64,000 nucleotides of DNA from the NCBI GenBank assembly GCA_947499465.1, contig CANMOI010000004.1, positions 14,023 through 78,022 on the forward strand, in the 5' to 3' direction. The first letter of the stretch is position 1. Each line of letters opens with the position of its first letter. The stretch comes from Gemmatimonadales bacterium (lineage in GTDB: Bacteria > Gemmatimonadota > Gemmatimonadetes > Longimicrobiales > Gaopeijiaceae). Made by a program: the position numbers and the translations under genes. Positions 51,087-64,000 of this stretch are shown one piece after another. The notes under the pieces were generated by a model. The model did not search any database. It was not told the origin of the DNA and worked only from the letters and a program-made list of their open reading frames with translations.

Positions 51087-52666
51087 TGTGTGGCTCCTGT
51101 GGAGGTTGAATCGTCGGTGCCGCTGCGATACCGGTCGTAGCGCTTGAGGATGCGGTTCACGTATTGGACCGGCTCGAGGCCGCGCACGTAGCCGTGCTGC
51201 ACGACCGGGTCGCGGTAGACCGATCGCTTGGACTTCTGCATCAGCCAGTAGGCGACGTCATCCCAGTTCTGCGGATCGTCGCCGTTCTTCGCCGCGAGGC
51301 GCTGGGCGTCGAGCACGTGGCCGCGCCCGGCGTTGTACGACGCGAGCACGAACTTGAGGCGCTCGGTGTCGTCGGGAATCTCGTCCTTCCAGGCGTCGGT
51401 CAGTCGCGCGAGGTACTTCACGCCCCCCGCGACGTTCTGCTGGGGGTTGTTCGAGTTGCGCACGCCCATCTCACGCGCGGTGCGCGGCATGAGCTGGAGA
51501 AGGCCGCGGGCACCCGCGAACGAGCGCGCTCGGGGATCGAACCTGGACTCCTGGGCCGCGAGCAGACGCCAGTCCCAGCCGATGCCCTTGGCCTCGCGCT
51601 CCAGCAAGGTGTCGAACTGTGAGATATTGCCGGCCCCGGCGGCGAACAGGTCGTCCTCGGTCCTCTCCTGGTAGCCCTCTCGGTCCGCGAAGTACTTCTG
51701 GTAGAGGCGGTCGCGCAGGCTCTGCCCTGAGGGTGACGCCAGCCACGTGTTCAGCTCCAGCAGGAGCGCAGGGTCGTTCTTCCGTATCGCCCAGGCTACC
51801 GGCTCCGGCTCCCCGAGCACCGGTTGGGCGATGGTGTTCGAGAAGCTGGCCTTCGAGAGCTCGGCCAGGTTTTCCTGGGAGATGGTCAGGCGGATCTTTC
51901 CTTCGGCCGCCGCCTCGATGAGCGGCTCGATCTGATCGGCGTTCTCCACCTCGATGATCTCGATGTTCGCGCCCAGCGAGTCCGAGAGCTCGGTGATGCG
52001 GTCGTAGTAGTCGGAGCCCGCGGGCACGTGGACCTCCTTTCCCGCGAGCTCGGAGGGGCGGTTGACGAGGCGCGCGCGGAGCGCGATCGAATCGGGGATC
52101 GGAACGTCGGTGGCCAGCGTGCTGTCGTTGGCCGCCTCCGGGTTGTCCGCGGCCGCCGCGATGTCCACCGGGGCTCGCTGGACGACGACCGTCGTCGTCG
52201 AGTAGAGGGGGTTGGTGAGCCCGACCGGGTCCCGATACTCTGGGTGCGCGATCAGGCGTGCGGCGATCACGTCTCCCTCACCGATGTTGAGGGCGGTGAA
52301 GAGGGCGACCCGCTCCGTGACCACGATGGTGCGCAGGATGAGGTCATGGGCCTGGGCAAACGCCTGTAGGAGCTCGTACTCGAAGCCCTTCGGCTCACCC
52401 TGATGGATGAAGAACCCGGTCGAGTTGACCGTGAGCAGGGCCTCCAGCGTGTCCCGGGCCACGATCCGGTTCCATCCGAAGGCAATCGGGGGAGGCAGGT
52501 CGTCGTAGAGACCAAGCTCGTCCATCTCGCCTATCGGGGAGGCGGCCAGGACCAGGGTGTCTCCGGCGGTCCGGCGCAGGTAGGCCACCGGCAGAGCGGG
52601 CTCGCATGCTGCGGCCAGTAGGCTGCGCGCGAGCGCTCCAGCGCGCAGAAGGCGGAGACGGGTCAT
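51083..52666 (-). CDS. mltF: membrane-bound lytic murein transglycosylase F-like protein (SBP_bac_3 plus SLT domains)
   Basis: The internal ATG at 52666 gives MTRLRLLRAG. FFIHQGEPKGFEYELL...AQESRFDPRARSFAGARGLLQLMP...YNAGRGHV. The rest of the 1283-aa track ORF is antisense to rpsL/rpsG/fusA. Confidence 0.8.
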   Translation of the reverse strand: MTRLRLLRAGALARSLLAAACEPALPVAYLRRTAGDTLVLAASPIGEMDELGLYDDLPPPIAFGWNRIVARDTLEALLTVNSTGFFIHQGEPKGFEYELLQAFAQAHDLILRTIVVTERVALFTALNIGEGDVIAARLIAHPEYRDPVGLTNPLYSTTTVVVQRAPVDIAAAADNPEAANDSTLATDVPIPDSIALRARLVNRPSELAGKEVHVPAGSDYYDRITELSDSLGANIEIIEVENADQIEPLIEAAAEGKIRLTISQENLAELSKASFSNTIAQPVLGEPEPVAWAIRKNDPALLLELNTWLASPSGQSLRDRLYQKYFADREGYQERTEDDLFAAGAGNISQFDTLLEREAKGIGWDWRLLAAQESRFDPRARSFAGARGLLQLMPRTAREMGVRNSNNPQQNVAGGVKYLARLTDAWKDEIPDDTERLKFVLASYNAGRGHVLDAQRLAAKNGDDPQNWDDVAYWLMQKSKRSVYRDPVVQHGYVRGLEPVQYVNRILKRYDRYRSGTDDSTSTGATQ

Positions 52667-52988
52667 CGGAACCCCGTGTCGCACTCTTCGGACCACGGGG
52701 GGTGGGGCGAGGCGAGCGGCGAGGGCGGGGTCGGCCGCCCGTACTCGGCCGGAGGGAGTCATGGGGAAGGTCAAAGCGACCCCTAATTCGTTGTCGCGCA
52801 TGATGATGGGTGGATCTTGGTCCGGCCCATGGACGGGCGCGGCGCGTGGCCGGGGACCATTCGGCTGGGTGTGGGTCGACAGGAGAGCCCGATTGATGGA
52901 GATTCCCCCAGCCTCGGGTCGGCCCGGTGGGAAAAGGTTCGAAATTTTCCGAGCGCCGCGAGACCCAGAAAGCCAAAATTTCGCCCCG

Positions 52989-53017
52989 TTGACACCCCCC
53001 AGACCCCTGGATAGCTT
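52989..53017 (+). promoter_or_regulatory. candidate str-operon promoter
   Basis: TTGACA (52989-52994), a 17-nt spacer, then TAGCTT (53012-53017). An A/T-rich GCCAAAATTTCG stretch lies immediately upstream in an otherwise GC-rich context. Confidence 0.4.
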
Positions 53018-53089
53018 ACCAAGCTCTGTCCGAACGGTTTTGCCCATTGGCCCAACCGAGCAGAGCAGGATTCCTACGAAGAAGATTTG

Positions 53090-53485
53090 ATGCCGACGAT
53101 CAATCAGCTCGTCCGGAAGGGCCGGCAGGCGCTCGCGAAGAAGAGCAAGTCGCCTGCTCTGCAGAAGAACCCGCAGAAGCGCGGGGTCTGCACACGCGTC
53201 TACACCACCACGCCCAAGAAGCCGAATTCGGCGCTTCGGAAGGTGGCTCGCGTGCGGCTGACCAACGGCTTCGAGGTGACGGCCTACATCCCCGGCGAGG
53301 GTCACAACCTCCAGGAGCACTCGATCGTGCTCATCCGCGGTGGCCGTGTGAAGGATCTGCCGGGCGTGCGCTACCACATCATCCGTGGCACCCTGGACGC
53401 CTCCGGTGTGAACGACCGCAAGCAGAGCCGTTCCAAGTACGGCGCCAAGAAGAACCAGAAGGCAGCCGGGAAGGGGAAAAAGTAG
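53090..53485 (+). CDS. rpsL: 30S ribosomal protein S12
   Basis: [12 protein letters not shown]...[18 protein letters not shown]. Confidence 0.95.
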   Translation: MPTINQLVRKGRQALAKKSKSPALQKNPQKRGVCTRVYTTTPKKPNSALRKVARVRLTNGFEVTAYIPGEGHNLQEHSIVLIRGGRVKDLPGVRYHIIRGTLDASGVNDRKQSRSKYGAKKNQKAAGKGKK

Positions 53486-53956
53486 ATGAGCCGTCGTTCC
53501 AGGTCCGTTAAGCGCGAAGTCCCGGCCGATCCGCAGTTCGCATCGACCACTGTGACCAAGTTCATCAACAGCTTGATGTACGACGGCAAGAAGTCGATCG
53601 CCGAAGGGATCTTCTACGACGCGATGAAGCTCGTGGAGGAGAAGTCCGGCCAGGCGGGGCTCAACATCTTCACGACGGCCGTGAACAACGCGAAGCCCGC
53701 GCTCGAGGTTAAGAGCCGTCGAGTGGGCGGCGCGACGTACCAAGTGCCGGTCGAGGTTCGCCCCGAGCGGCGCACGGCTCTCGCGATCAAGTGGCTGGTG
53801 CTGTACTCGAGGGCGCGCTCCGAGAAGACGATGGCGGACCGGTTGGCGAACGAGCTGATGGCGGCCGCCCGGGGCGAGGGCAGCACGGTAAAGAAGAAGG
53901 ACGACACGCACCGGATGGCGGAAGCGAACAAGGCGTTCGCCCACTATCGCTGGTAG
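53486..53956 (+). CDS. rpsG: 30S ribosomal protein S7
   Basis: [24 protein letters not shown]...[18 protein letters not shown]. Confidence 0.95.
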   Translation: MSRRSRSVKREVPADPQFASTTVTKFINSLMYDGKKSIAEGIFYDAMKLVEEKSGQAGLNIFTTAVNNAKPALEVKSRRVGGATYQVPVEVRPERRTALAIKWLVLYSRARSEKTMADRLANELMAAARGEGSTVKKKDDTHRMAEANKAFAHYRW

Positions 53957-53996
53957 CAGGTAGCAGTAAGTAGGAGCAGTAAGCAGAAGCTGTAGC
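53953..53996 (+). repeat. degenerate heptad (GTAGCAG-like) repeats with stops in all frames after rpsG
   Basis: GTAGCAG GTAGCAG TAAGTAG GAGCAGT AAGCAGA AGCTGTAG, read directly. TAG occurs at 53954, 53961 and 53971, covering all three frames. Confidence 0.6.
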
Positions 53997-54153
53997 CCGG
54001 CACGCTGAACCCCCGACCACGGTCGGGAGCGCAGGGGCGCCGAAGCACAGGGGACGCGCGAAGGCCCAGACCTCGAAAGAGGCGGCCCTCTCCGGTCACC
54101 GGAAGCGCGGACTTTGTCGGGCCGGAAGTGAGGGCCCGGCGGAAAGGGGATCC

Positions 54154-54184
54154 GCGCTGCTTCCCCGCCTGCTGCGCTTTTTTG
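54154..54184 (+). terminator. terminator/attenuator-like hairpin plus T7 run in the rpsG-fusA spacer
   Basis: GCGCTGC - 10 nt - GCTGCGC (one mismatch) followed by TTTTTTT. Confidence 0.4.
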
Positions 54185-54238
54185 CGGCCTGAAGTCGAAG
54201 TGGCGATGTCGAGAACGAGAGAAACCAGGTAGAGAGAG

Positions 54239-56344
<2,106 letters not shown>

Positions 56345-56421
56345 CCTGACGACGGCCACACTCCCGTGGCCCCGGAATCAGCGTAGTAAAAGAAACGGTA
56401 ACCCTTTACAGGAACGGACTG

Positions 56422-57624
<1,203 letters not shown>

Positions 57625-57661
57625 TCGGCTTTACTACAGCTGGTTCTTGGGAGATCTGAAC

Positions 57662-57970
57662 ATGGCGGACAGAATTCGCATTCGGCTGAAGGCCTTTGAC
57701 CACTGGGTCATTGACCAGACGGCCGCCGACATCGTGCGGACGGCGCAGAAGACCGGCGCTACCGTGCGTGGCCCCATCCCGCTGCCCACGCGGCGCGAGC
57801 GGTGGACCGTGCTCAGGTCGCCCCATGTGGACAAGAAGAGCCGGGAGCAGTTCGAGCTGAGGACGCACAAGCGCTTGATCGACATCGTGGACAGCCGTCC
57901 GCAGACGATCGACGCGCTGACCAAGCTCGATTTGCCCGCCGGAGTTGACGTCGCAATCAAGGTTGACTGA
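57662..57970 (+). CDS. rpsJ: 30S ribosomal protein S10
   Basis: [10 protein letters not shown]...RGPIPLPT...[13 protein letters not shown]. Confidence 0.95.
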   Translation: MADRIRIRLKAFDHWVIDQTAADIVRTAQKTGATVRGPIPLPTRRERWTVLRSPHVDKKSREQFELRTHKRLIDIVDSRPQTIDALTKLDLPAGVDVAIKVD

Positions 57971-58055
57971 ATCGAACCGTTCGGCCGATCCCGAGGGATC
58001 GGTCGGCGGCTCGCGCGGAACGCAGCTGTAACGCAACAGAACTAGAGAGCTATCA

Positions 58056-58685
58056 ATGGCCGGAATCATCGGCAGGAAGGTCGGGATGACGCGCATCTTC
58101 GACGAGGCGGGGAATCAGGTTCCCGTCACCGTCATCGAAGCGGGTCCGTGCCCGGTCACACAAGTGAAGACCGATCAGTCCGACGGCTATGCCGCCGTGC
58201 AGCTCGGCTTCGGCGCCCAGAAGGCCAAGAACGCCACCAAGGCGGAGACGGGTCACGTCGCCAAGGCGGGGCTGTCCACCGCCCCCAGAGTGTTGCGCGA
58301 GTTCCGACTCGCGCCCGACCAGGCGGTCGAGGTCGGACAGACGCTCACGGTCGAGCAGTTCGCGGCTGGTGACCGCGTGAAGGTCACCGGCACGAACAAG
58401 GGCAAGGGCTTCCAGGGAGTGGTACGGCGGCACGGCTTCACCGGCCGCCCCGGCTCCCACGGCCATCCCGAGTCGCGTACTCCGGGATCGATCGGACCGG
58501 GAACTGATCCCTCGCGCGTGATCAAGGGCAAGAAGATGCCCGGCCGGATGGGTGGGGTTCGCCATACCGTGATCAACCTGCAGGTGGTGCAGGTGGATCT
58601 CGAGCACAACCTGCTCTTCGTGAAAGGTGGGATTCCGGGCGCCCGCGACAGCTTCGTCACGATCACCAAAATCGGCACCAAGTGA
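58056..58685 (+). CDS. rplC: 50S ribosomal protein L3
   Basis: GIIGRKVGMTRIF...GKGFQGVVRRHGF. Confidence 0.95.
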   Translation: MAGIIGRKVGMTRIFDEAGNQVPVTVIEAGPCPVTQVKTDQSDGYAAVQLGFGAQKAKNATKAETGHVAKAGLSTAPRVLREFRLAPDQAVEVGQTLTVEQFAAGDRVKVTGTNKGKGFQGVVRRHGFTGRPGSHGHPESRTPGSIGPGTDPSRVIKGKKMPGRMGGVRHTVINLQVVQVDLEHNLLFVKGGIPGARDSFVTITKIGTK

Positions 58686-59329
58686 CCACCATGTACAAGG
58701 CGCGCTACTTCAAGGCGGACGGCAAGAAGGGGAAGGCTCGCGCCCTCCCCGAGTCGCTCTTCGACGGCGTCGTGAACGACGCGGTCCTGCACCTGTCCGT
58801 GAAGGCTTATCTGTCGAACCAGCGGCAGGGGACGGCTTCGGCCAAGACCCGCGCCGAGGTCTCCGGCGGCAACAGCAAGCCCTTCAAACAGAAGGGTACG
58901 GGCCGGGCGCGGCAGGGCACCACGCGGGCCCCGCACATGGACGGTGGTGGCCGGGCGTTCCCGCCCAGGCCCCACAAGTGGGTAGAGAAGCTGCCCAAGA
59001 AGGTGAAGGCGCTCGCCCGCCGGTCCGCCCTCAACAGCCGGGCCGAGGCCGAGAAGGTCGTGCTGATCGACGCGCTCGACTTCCAGGCCCCGAAGACGTC
59101 CCAGCTGCTCGACTACCTGGGATCGATCGAGGTGGGAAAGAAGGTTCTCGTCCTCACGGACGGGGTGAAGGAAAACTTGTACTTGTCCTCACGGAACCTG
59201 CCCAACGTCCACGTGATGCCGTTCGGCACCGAGTCGGCTTACGACATCCTCTGGGCGGGCACCATCGTGATCGAGAAGGACGCCATCGACCGGGTGGGTG
59301 GCGATGCCGCGGCCGAGGAGAGCGAGTAG
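58682..59329 (+). CDS. rplD: 50S ribosomal protein L4
   Basis: KPFKQKGTGRARQG. GTG at 58682 (GTGA overlap) or ATG at 58691. Confidence 0.9.
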   Translation: MTTMYKARYFKADGKKGKARALPESLFDGVVNDAVLHLSVKAYLSNQRQGTASAKTRAEVSGGNSKPFKQKGTGRARQGTTRAPHMDGGGRAFPPRPHKWVEKLPKKVKALARRSALNSRAEAEKVVLIDALDFQAPKTSQLLDYLGSIEVGKKVLVLTDGVKENLYLSSRNLPNVHVMPFGTESAYDILWAGTIVIEKDAIDRVGGDAAAEESE

Positions 59330-59332
59330 ACC

Positions 59333-59644
59333 ATGAGCAGGGACCACGAAGTCATCCTGCAGCCGGTCGTGAGCGAGAAGAGCACACGGCAGATGGAAGC
59401 TGCACAGACATACACGTTCAAGGTTGCGGTTGACGCGAACAAGATCGAGATCGCGAAAGCGGTCGAGAAGCTCTTCGACGTCACCGTTCTGAACGTTCGG
59501 ACGATGAACTACGCGGGCAAGGCGCGGCGGGCGTTGATGGCGCGCATGTCCAAGAGCCAGGGTCTGGGTAGGCGGCCCTCGTTCAAGAAGGCAGTGGTGA
59601 CCCTCGCCGAGGGTGACCACATCGAACTCTACGAGTCGGGCTGA
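59333..59644 (+). CDS. rplW: 50S ribosomal protein L23
   Basis: Position and the motif YTFKVAVDANKIEIAKAVEKLF. Confidence 0.9.
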   Translation: MSRDHEVILQPVVSEKSTRQMEAAQTYTFKVAVDANKIEIAKAVEKLFDVTVLNVRTMNYAGKARRALMARMSKSQGLGRRPSFKKAVVTLAEGDHIELYESG

Positions 59645-59654
59645 GGACTGAGCG

Positions 59655-60494
59655 ATGGCGATCAAGAAATTCAAGCCGATCACTCCCGGAACCCGCTTCC
59701 GGTCCACCCTCAGGAACGAGGAGATCACCCGGTCTACGCCGGAGCGCTCGCTGCTCGAGCCGCTCAAGAGCAAGGGTGGGCGCAACCACCACGGCCACGT
59801 CACCATGCGGTGGCAGGGCGGCGGTCACAAGCGCGCCTATCGGAAGATCGACTTCAAGCGCGACAAGATCGGGATTCCGGGGAAGGTCGCCGAGATCGAG
59901 TACGATCCGAACCGGACCTCGAACATCGCGCTGATCCACTACGCGGACGGGGAGAAGCGCTATATCGTGCATCCCCAGGACCTCAAGGTTGGTGACACGA
60001 TCGTTTCCGGGCCCGAGGCGGACATCAAGATCGGAAACGCGGTGCCGCTCGGGAGCATCCCGCTCGGCACGACGGTGCACAACGTCGAGCTCAAGGCCGG
60101 AAAGGGCGCCCAGATGGCGCGCTCGGCCGGCTCGGGCGTGCAGGTGATGGCAAAGGAGGGCGACTACGTCACCCTGCGCCTTCCCTCCACCGAGATCCGG
60201 CGCGTGCGGCGTGAGTGTTATGCGGTAGTGGGCCAGGTCGGGAACCTCGACCACGAGCTCACCGTGATCGGCAAGGCGGGCGCGAACCGTTGGCGGGGCC
60301 GCATGCCACGCGTGCGCGGCGTGGCCATGAATCCGGTGGACCATCCGCTGGGCGGCGGTGAAGGCAAGGCGTCCGGCGGCCGGCCCCCGACGTCGCCCTG
60401 GGGCAAGCCCGAGGGCGTGAAGACACGGCACAAGAAGAAGCAGTCGAACAAAGACATCGTTCGCGGCAGGAAGCGCGGCAAGGCGACCAGGTAA
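59655..60494 (+). CDS. rplB: 50S ribosomal protein L2
   Basis: [15 protein letters not shown]...[13 protein letters not shown]. Confidence 0.95.
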   Translation: MAIKKFKPITPGTRFRSTLRNEEITRSTPERSLLEPLKSKGGRNHHGHVTMRWQGGGHKRAYRKIDFKRDKIGIPGKVAEIEYDPNRTSNIALIHYADGEKRYIVHPQDLKVGDTIVSGPEADIKIGNAVPLGSIPLGTTVHNVELKAGKGAQMARSAGSGVQVMAKEGDYVTLRLPSTEIRRVRRECYAVVGQVGNLDHELTVIGKAGANRWRGRMPRVRGVAMNPVDHPLGGGEGKASGGRPPTSPWGKPEGVKTRHKKKQSNKDIVRGRKRGKATR

Positions 60495-60503
60495 GGAAGA
60501 GCC

Positions 60504-60851
60504 ATGGCACGTAGCGTAAAGAAGGGCCCGTACATCGACGACAAGCTCCTCCTGAAGGTGGAGGTGATGAATTCTCGGAACGAGAAGAAGGTCGTCAAAA
60601 CGTGGGCTCGCTCATCGACCATCTCGCCCGACTTCGTCGGCCACACGGTCGCCGTGCACAACGGCAACAAATTCATCCCCGTCTACGTGACGGAGAACAT
60701 GGTGGGCCACAAGCTCGGTGAGTTCGCCCCCACGCGGCTCTTTCGCGGACATGGCGGCAAGCTCTCGGACAAGCGCGCCGCCGCGGCGTCCGCGCCTGGC
60801 GGCGGGGCGCCGCCGGCGTCCGGCGGCGGCAAGCCGGCGAAGAAGGCCTAG
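60504..60851 (+). CDS. rpsS: 30S ribosomal protein S19 with Ala/Gly/Pro-rich C-terminal extension
   Basis: [12 protein letters not shown]...[11 protein letters not shown], then about 25 extra residues ([24 protein letters not shown]). Confidence 0.9.
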   Translation: MARSVKKGPYIDDKLLLKVEVMNSRNEKKVVKTWARSSTISPDFVGHTVAVHNGNKFIPVYVTENMVGHKLGEFAPTRLFRGHGGKLSDKRAAAASAPGGGAPPASGGGKPAKKA

Positions 60852-60861
60852 GGGATAACCG

Positions 60862-61215
60862 ATGCAAGCCAAAGCGATCGCGAAGCACGTGAGGATGAGC
60901 CCGCGTAAGGTCCGCCTGGTGGTGGATCTGATCCGGGGCAAGAGCGTGGGCGAGGCCTACACCATCCTCCAGTTCTGCCCGAAGGCGGCTTCCGAGCCGA
61001 TCAACAAGACGCTGCGCTCGGCGGTGGCCAATGCCACGGTCAAGGCCCAGGACCAGGGCAAAGTGCTCGACGTGGACGACCTCTTCGTGAGCGAGATCCA
61101 CGCCGATCCGGGTCCGATCCTGCACCGGTTCCGTTCGGCGGCCATGGGAAGGGCAGCTCCGATCCAGAAGAAGACGAGCCACATCACGATCGTCGTGGAC
61201 AAGAGGGGTAACTGA
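60862..61215 (+). CDS. rplV: 50S ribosomal protein L22
   Basis: [17 protein letters not shown]. Confidence 0.95.
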   Translation: MQAKAIAKHVRMSPRKVRLVVDLIRGKSVGEAYTILQFCPKAASEPINKTLRSAVANATVKAQDQGKVLDVDDLFVSEIHADPGPILHRFRSAAMGRAAPIQKKTSHITIVVDKRGN

Positions 61216-61874
61216 TGGGCCAGAAGACACATCCGCACGGCTTCCGCCTCGGCGTCGTGAAAGACTGGCGTTCGCGCTGGTACGCTGAAAAGGACTTCCC
61301 GCGCCTCCTCAAGGAGGACGAGACCGTCCGGAAGTACTTGCACCGTCGTCTCGCCCACGCGGCTCTGTCGCACGTCGAGATCGAGCGTAAGCCCAGCAAG
61401 ATCGTGGTCACGCTGCACACCGCCCGTCCCGGAGTCGTGATCGGGAAGCGCGGCGCCGAGGTGGACAAGCTGCGCGACGAGCTGGCCATGCTCACGAGCG
61501 CCGAGATCTCGGTGAACGTCGAGGAGATCAAGCGCCCCGAGGTGGACGCGCGGCTCGTGGCCGAGAACGTCGCCCACCAGCTGCGTCAGCGGATCAGCTT
61601 CCGCCGCGCCATGAAGCGCGCGGTGCAGGCGGCGATCCGGAGCGGCGCCGAGGGCATCAAGATCGTGGCGTCCGGACGGCTCGGCGGCGCCGAGATCGCG
61701 CGGACCGAAGGTTACAACGAGGGGCGCGTGCCTCTCCACACGATTCGGGCCGACATCGACTACGCGCAGATCCACGCCTTCACGACCTACGGCACGATCG
61801 GGGTGAAGTGCTGGGTCTTCAAGGGTGAAGTGATCGAAGGTCGTGGGGGCCGCACCTACTCCACCGGCGCCTGA
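61215..61874 (+). CDS. rpsC: 30S ribosomal protein S3
   Basis: [13 protein letters not shown]...GVVIGKRG. Confidence 0.95.
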   Translation: MGQKTHPHGFRLGVVKDWRSRWYAEKDFPRLLKEDETVRKYLHRRLAHAALSHVEIERKPSKIVVTLHTARPGVVIGKRGAEVDKLRDELAMLTSAEISVNVEEIKRPEVDARLVAENVAHQLRQRISFRRAMKRAVQAAIRSGAEGIKIVASGRLGGAEIARTEGYNEGRVPLHTIRADIDYAQIHAFTTYGTIGVKCWVFKGEVIEGRGGRTYSTGA

Positions 61875-61913
61875 TCAGAACAAGGCCAGAATTCAAGGAT
61901 AGGATAGAGCTAC

Positions 61914-62336
61914 ATGCTGGCACCGAAACGAGTTAAATACCGGCGGATGCACAAAGGCCGCATGCGGGGGAAGGCGACCCGCGGCAACCTCGTGTCGTTC
62001 GGCGAATACGGGCTTCAGGCCGCGGCCCCCGGCTGGATTACCAACCGGCAGATCGAGGCCGCGCGCGTGGCGATGACCCGCCACATCAAGCGCGGCGGAA
62101 AGGTTTGGATCCGGATCTTCCCGGACAAGCCGATCTCGAAGAAGCCGGCCGAGACGCGAATGGGAAAAGGAAAGGGCAACCCCGAGGGGTGGGTCGCCGT
62201 GGTGAAGCCCGGACGGGTGATGTTCGAGCTGGAGGGGATCGACGAAGCCACGGCTAGGAAGGCCATGGGCCTCGCGGCCGCCAAGCTCCCGATCAAGACC
62301 CGGTTCGTGATCCGCGACCAGCAGCTCGGGTCCTGA
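61914..62336 (+). CDS. rplP: 50S ribosomal protein L16
   Basis: [19 protein letters not shown]...RMGKGKG. Confidence 0.95.
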   Translation: MLAPKRVKYRRMHKGRMRGKATRGNLVSFGEYGLQAAAPGWITNRQIEAARVAMTRHIKRGGKVWIRIFPDKPISKKPAETRMGKGKGNPEGWVAVVKPGRVMFELEGIDEATARKAMGLAAAKLPIKTRFVIRDQQLGS

Positions 62337-62348
62337 GGAGAACGAGAG

Positions 62349-62552
62349 ATGAAGCCCGAAGAGATCAGGGAATGGGACAAAGCGGAGATCGAAACGCGCA
62401 TCGTGGAGCTCAAGGAGGAGCTGTTCCGGCTTAAGTTCCGGAGCGCCACCATGGCTCTCGAGAATCCGCGCCTCGTCCCGAACATCCGAAAGGATATCGC
62501 ACGCTTGAACACGATCCTGCGCGAGCGAGAGCTCGCCGCGCAGCGTAGCTAG
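62349..62552 (+). CDS. rpmC: 50S ribosomal protein L29
   Basis: Position and the motif [12 protein letters not shown]. Confidence 0.9.
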   Translation: MKPEEIREWDKAEIETRIVELKEELFRLKFRSATMALENPRLVPNIRKDIARLNTILRERELAAQRS

Positions 62553-62560
62553 GGGCCCGC

Positions 62561-62872
62561 ATGGCGGAAAACGAAGCGGTAGAAGGGACCGAGGGGACGG
62601 CGCCCGGCGCGAGCACGAGCGAGCGCAATCAGCGCAAGACGCGCGTGGGCACGGTGAAGAGCGACAAGTCCGACAAGACCGTGACGGTCGTCGTACAGCG
62701 TCGCGTCGCGCATCCCTTCTACGGCAAGCAGCTGACGCAGACCAAGAAGTACCACGCGCACGACGAGAAGAACGAGTACAAGGTCGGGGACGTGGTCCGC
62801 ATCGTGGAGACCCGGCCCCTGTCCAAGACCAAGCGTTGGCGCGTGGTCGAGCTGATCGAGCGGCCCGAGTAG
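62561..62872 (+). CDS. rpsQ: 30S ribosomal protein S17 with ~20-aa acidic N-terminal extension
   Basis: [25 protein letters not shown]...[11 protein letters not shown]. Confidence 0.9.
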   Translation: MAENEAVEGTEGTAPGASTSERNQRKTRVGTVKSDKSDKTVTVVVQRRVAHPFYGKQLTQTKKYHAHDEKNEYKVGDVVRIVETRPLSKTKRWRVVELIERPE

Positions 62873-62891
62873 GACTGACAAGGAAACTCAG

Positions 62892-63260
62892 ATGATTCAG
62901 CAAGAGTCAATCATCCGCATCGCGGACAATACGGGCGCCAAGAGCGCGCTGTGCATCCGCGTGCTGGGTGGATCGAAGCGGCGTTATGCCATGGTCGGGG
63001 ACGTGATCGTGATCACCGTCAAGGACGCGATCCCGAACGCCCCGGTGAAGAAGGGTGACGTGGCCAAGGCGGTCGTGGTCCGCACCAACAAGGAGATGCG
63101 GCGCCGGGACGGGACCTACATCCGTTTCGACGACAACGCCGCCGTGTTGATCGATCCCAAAGGGGAGCCGCGCGGGACGCGCATCTTCGGACCCGTGGGG
63201 CGCGAGCTCCGCGAGAAGAAGTACATGAAAATCGTCTCCCTCGCGCCCGAGGTGCTCTGA
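62892..63260 (+). CDS. rplN: 50S ribosomal protein L14
   Basis: [17 protein letters not shown]. Confidence 0.95.
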   Translation: MIQQESIIRIADNTGAKSALCIRVLGGSKRRYAMVGDVIVITVKDAIPNAPVKKGDVAKAVVVRTNKEMRRRDGTYIRFDDNAAVLIDPKGEPRGTRIFGPVGRELREKKYMKIVSLAPEVL

Positions 63261-63263
63261 GCG

Positions 63264-63623
63264 ATGGCGACCAAGAAGACGAACTCGGCGCGTGCCCCGA
63301 AGCTCGGCATCATGAAGGGTGACCGCGTGCGGGTGATCCGCGGCAACCAACGGGACACCGAGGGCACGGTCACGCGGGTGCTCCGCGACAAGCAGAAGGT
63401 CGTGGTCCAGGGCGTGAATCTGCGCAAGAAGCACACGCGTCCTAGCCCGACGAATCAGGAGGGTGGCATCATCTCCTTCGAGGCGCCGATCCATGTCTCG
63501 AACGTGATGCTGATCGATCCGACGAGCGGCGAGCCGACCCGCGTGAAGGCGCGGGTCGAGAAGGGCGGGGTCACCGAGCGGATTTCCGTGAAGAGCGGCA
63601 ACCCGATTCCGCGGCCTCACTAG
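63264..63623 (+). CDS. rplX: 50S ribosomal protein L24
   Basis: KOW motif [19 protein letters not shown]. Confidence 0.9.
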   Translation: MATKKTNSARAPKLGIMKGDRVRVIRGNQRDTEGTVTRVLRDKQKVVVQGVNLRKKHTRPSPTNQEGGIISFEAPIHVSNVMLIDPTSGEPTRVKARVEKGGVTERISVKSGNPIPRPH

Positions 63624-63680
63624 ATCAGATTCAGAAACGCGGGCCGGTAAGCCCCCCGCGCCACTAGAACCGAGACGACG

Positions 63681-64000
63681 ATGGCGAAGAAGGACGAGAA
63701 GGAAGAGACGCCCAAGAAGAACAAGGGCGGCGCGCCTCCCAAGGGCGGAGAGCAGCAGCCCAAGAAGGAGAAGACGCCGAAGGCCGCCAAGGGCGAGCAG
63801 CTGGGCGGCACCAACGTGACCGGTAAGAGCGTCAAGCTCGAGTCCCGTCTACGGCGGCACTATCGCGACGTGGCTGCTCCCCGGCTGACCATGCAGTTCG
63901 GCTGGAAGAACAAGCACCAGGTTCCGCGCATCGAGAAGGTCAAGCTCAACGTGGGACTGGGCGAGGCCTCGAAGAACGCCAAGCTGCTCGACAGCGTGGT
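63681..64000 (+). CDS. rplE: 50S ribosomal protein L5, 5' part (runs off the window), with ~45-aa Lys-rich N-terminal extension
   Basis: Hand translation gives MAKKDEKEETPKKNKGGAPPKGGEQQPKKEKTPKAAKGEQLGG..., then LESRLRRHYRDVAAPRLTMQFGWKNKHQVPRIEKVKLNVGLGEA (canonical L5 N-terminus). An alternative in-frame GTG lies at 63816. Confidence 0.8.
   Translation, partial: MAKKDEKEETPKKNKGGAPPKGGEQQPKKEKTPKAAKGEQLGGTNVTGKSVKLESRLRRHYRDVAAPRLTMQFGWKNKHQVPRIEKVKLNVGLGEASKNAKLLDSV

Noticed and set aside
63620-63835. 71-aa minus-strand ORF
   Set aside because: It is the antisense shadow of the Lys-rich L5 N-terminal extension, and its composition is the mirror of AAG/GAG-rich coding.

Overview
This is a high-GC chromosomal segment (about 57-72% in 60-nt lines I counted by hand) from a diderm bacterium. 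I infer diderm from an outer-membrane beta-barrel gene, MltF and a TonB-plug-like protein. Gene content is compatible with Gemmatimonadota- or Acidobacteriota-like lineages, but lineage cannot be established without a database search.

Layout:
- 1-2.7 kb: a RelE/ParE-type toxin-antitoxin pair, then a yaiI / SnoaL-like / orphan ORF / small ion-channel operon.
- 2.4-3.2 kb: a small Lys-rich ORF, a 373-bp unassigned structured intergenic region, and ribosomal protein bTHX.
- 3.2-29 kb: mostly housekeeping genes, including rocD, pntAA-pntAB-pntB, yggX, a dksA-family gene, rnd, pyk, pgi, smpB, an amidase, pyrD, pyrF, cysS and furA-katG. A multiply disrupted GT4 glycosyltransferase also lies here.
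- 29-37 kb: an accessory-looking stretch. It holds a lower-GC PD-(D/E)XK endonuclease remnant abutting tRNA-Thr(UGU), a plug-only secreted protein, a DUF411-DUF1326-DUF2182 putative copper/metal module, an NHL propeller, an S8 protease remnant and DPP-IV.
- 37-64 kb: the core expression region. It runs tRNA-Tyr/Gly/Thr, rpmG-secE-nusG-rplKAJL-rpoBC, then a disrupted OMP gene colliding tail-to-tail with a membrane-protein gene, then mltF, then the str, S10 and start of the spc operons (rpsL to rplE, truncated at the window end).

I found no rRNA, no CRISPR array and no intact mobile element.

Main second-look items:
1. Gene-inactivating lesions are confined to accessory genes, while about 30 kb of core genes are intact.
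2. An apparently intact MBL hydrolase has only a CTG, overlapping the pyk stop codon, available to encode its conserved N-terminus.
3. An orphan small ORF is translationally coupled to a 2-TM channel with a non-canonical filter.
4. The DUF411/DUF1326/DUF2182 cluster is Met/Cys-rich.
5. A leader- or sRNA-like region carries an orientation-specific terminator.
6. SD-like GCAGT repeat elements sit directly after the rplK and rpsG stop codons.

All functional calls rest on my recognition of sequence motifs. No searches were run.
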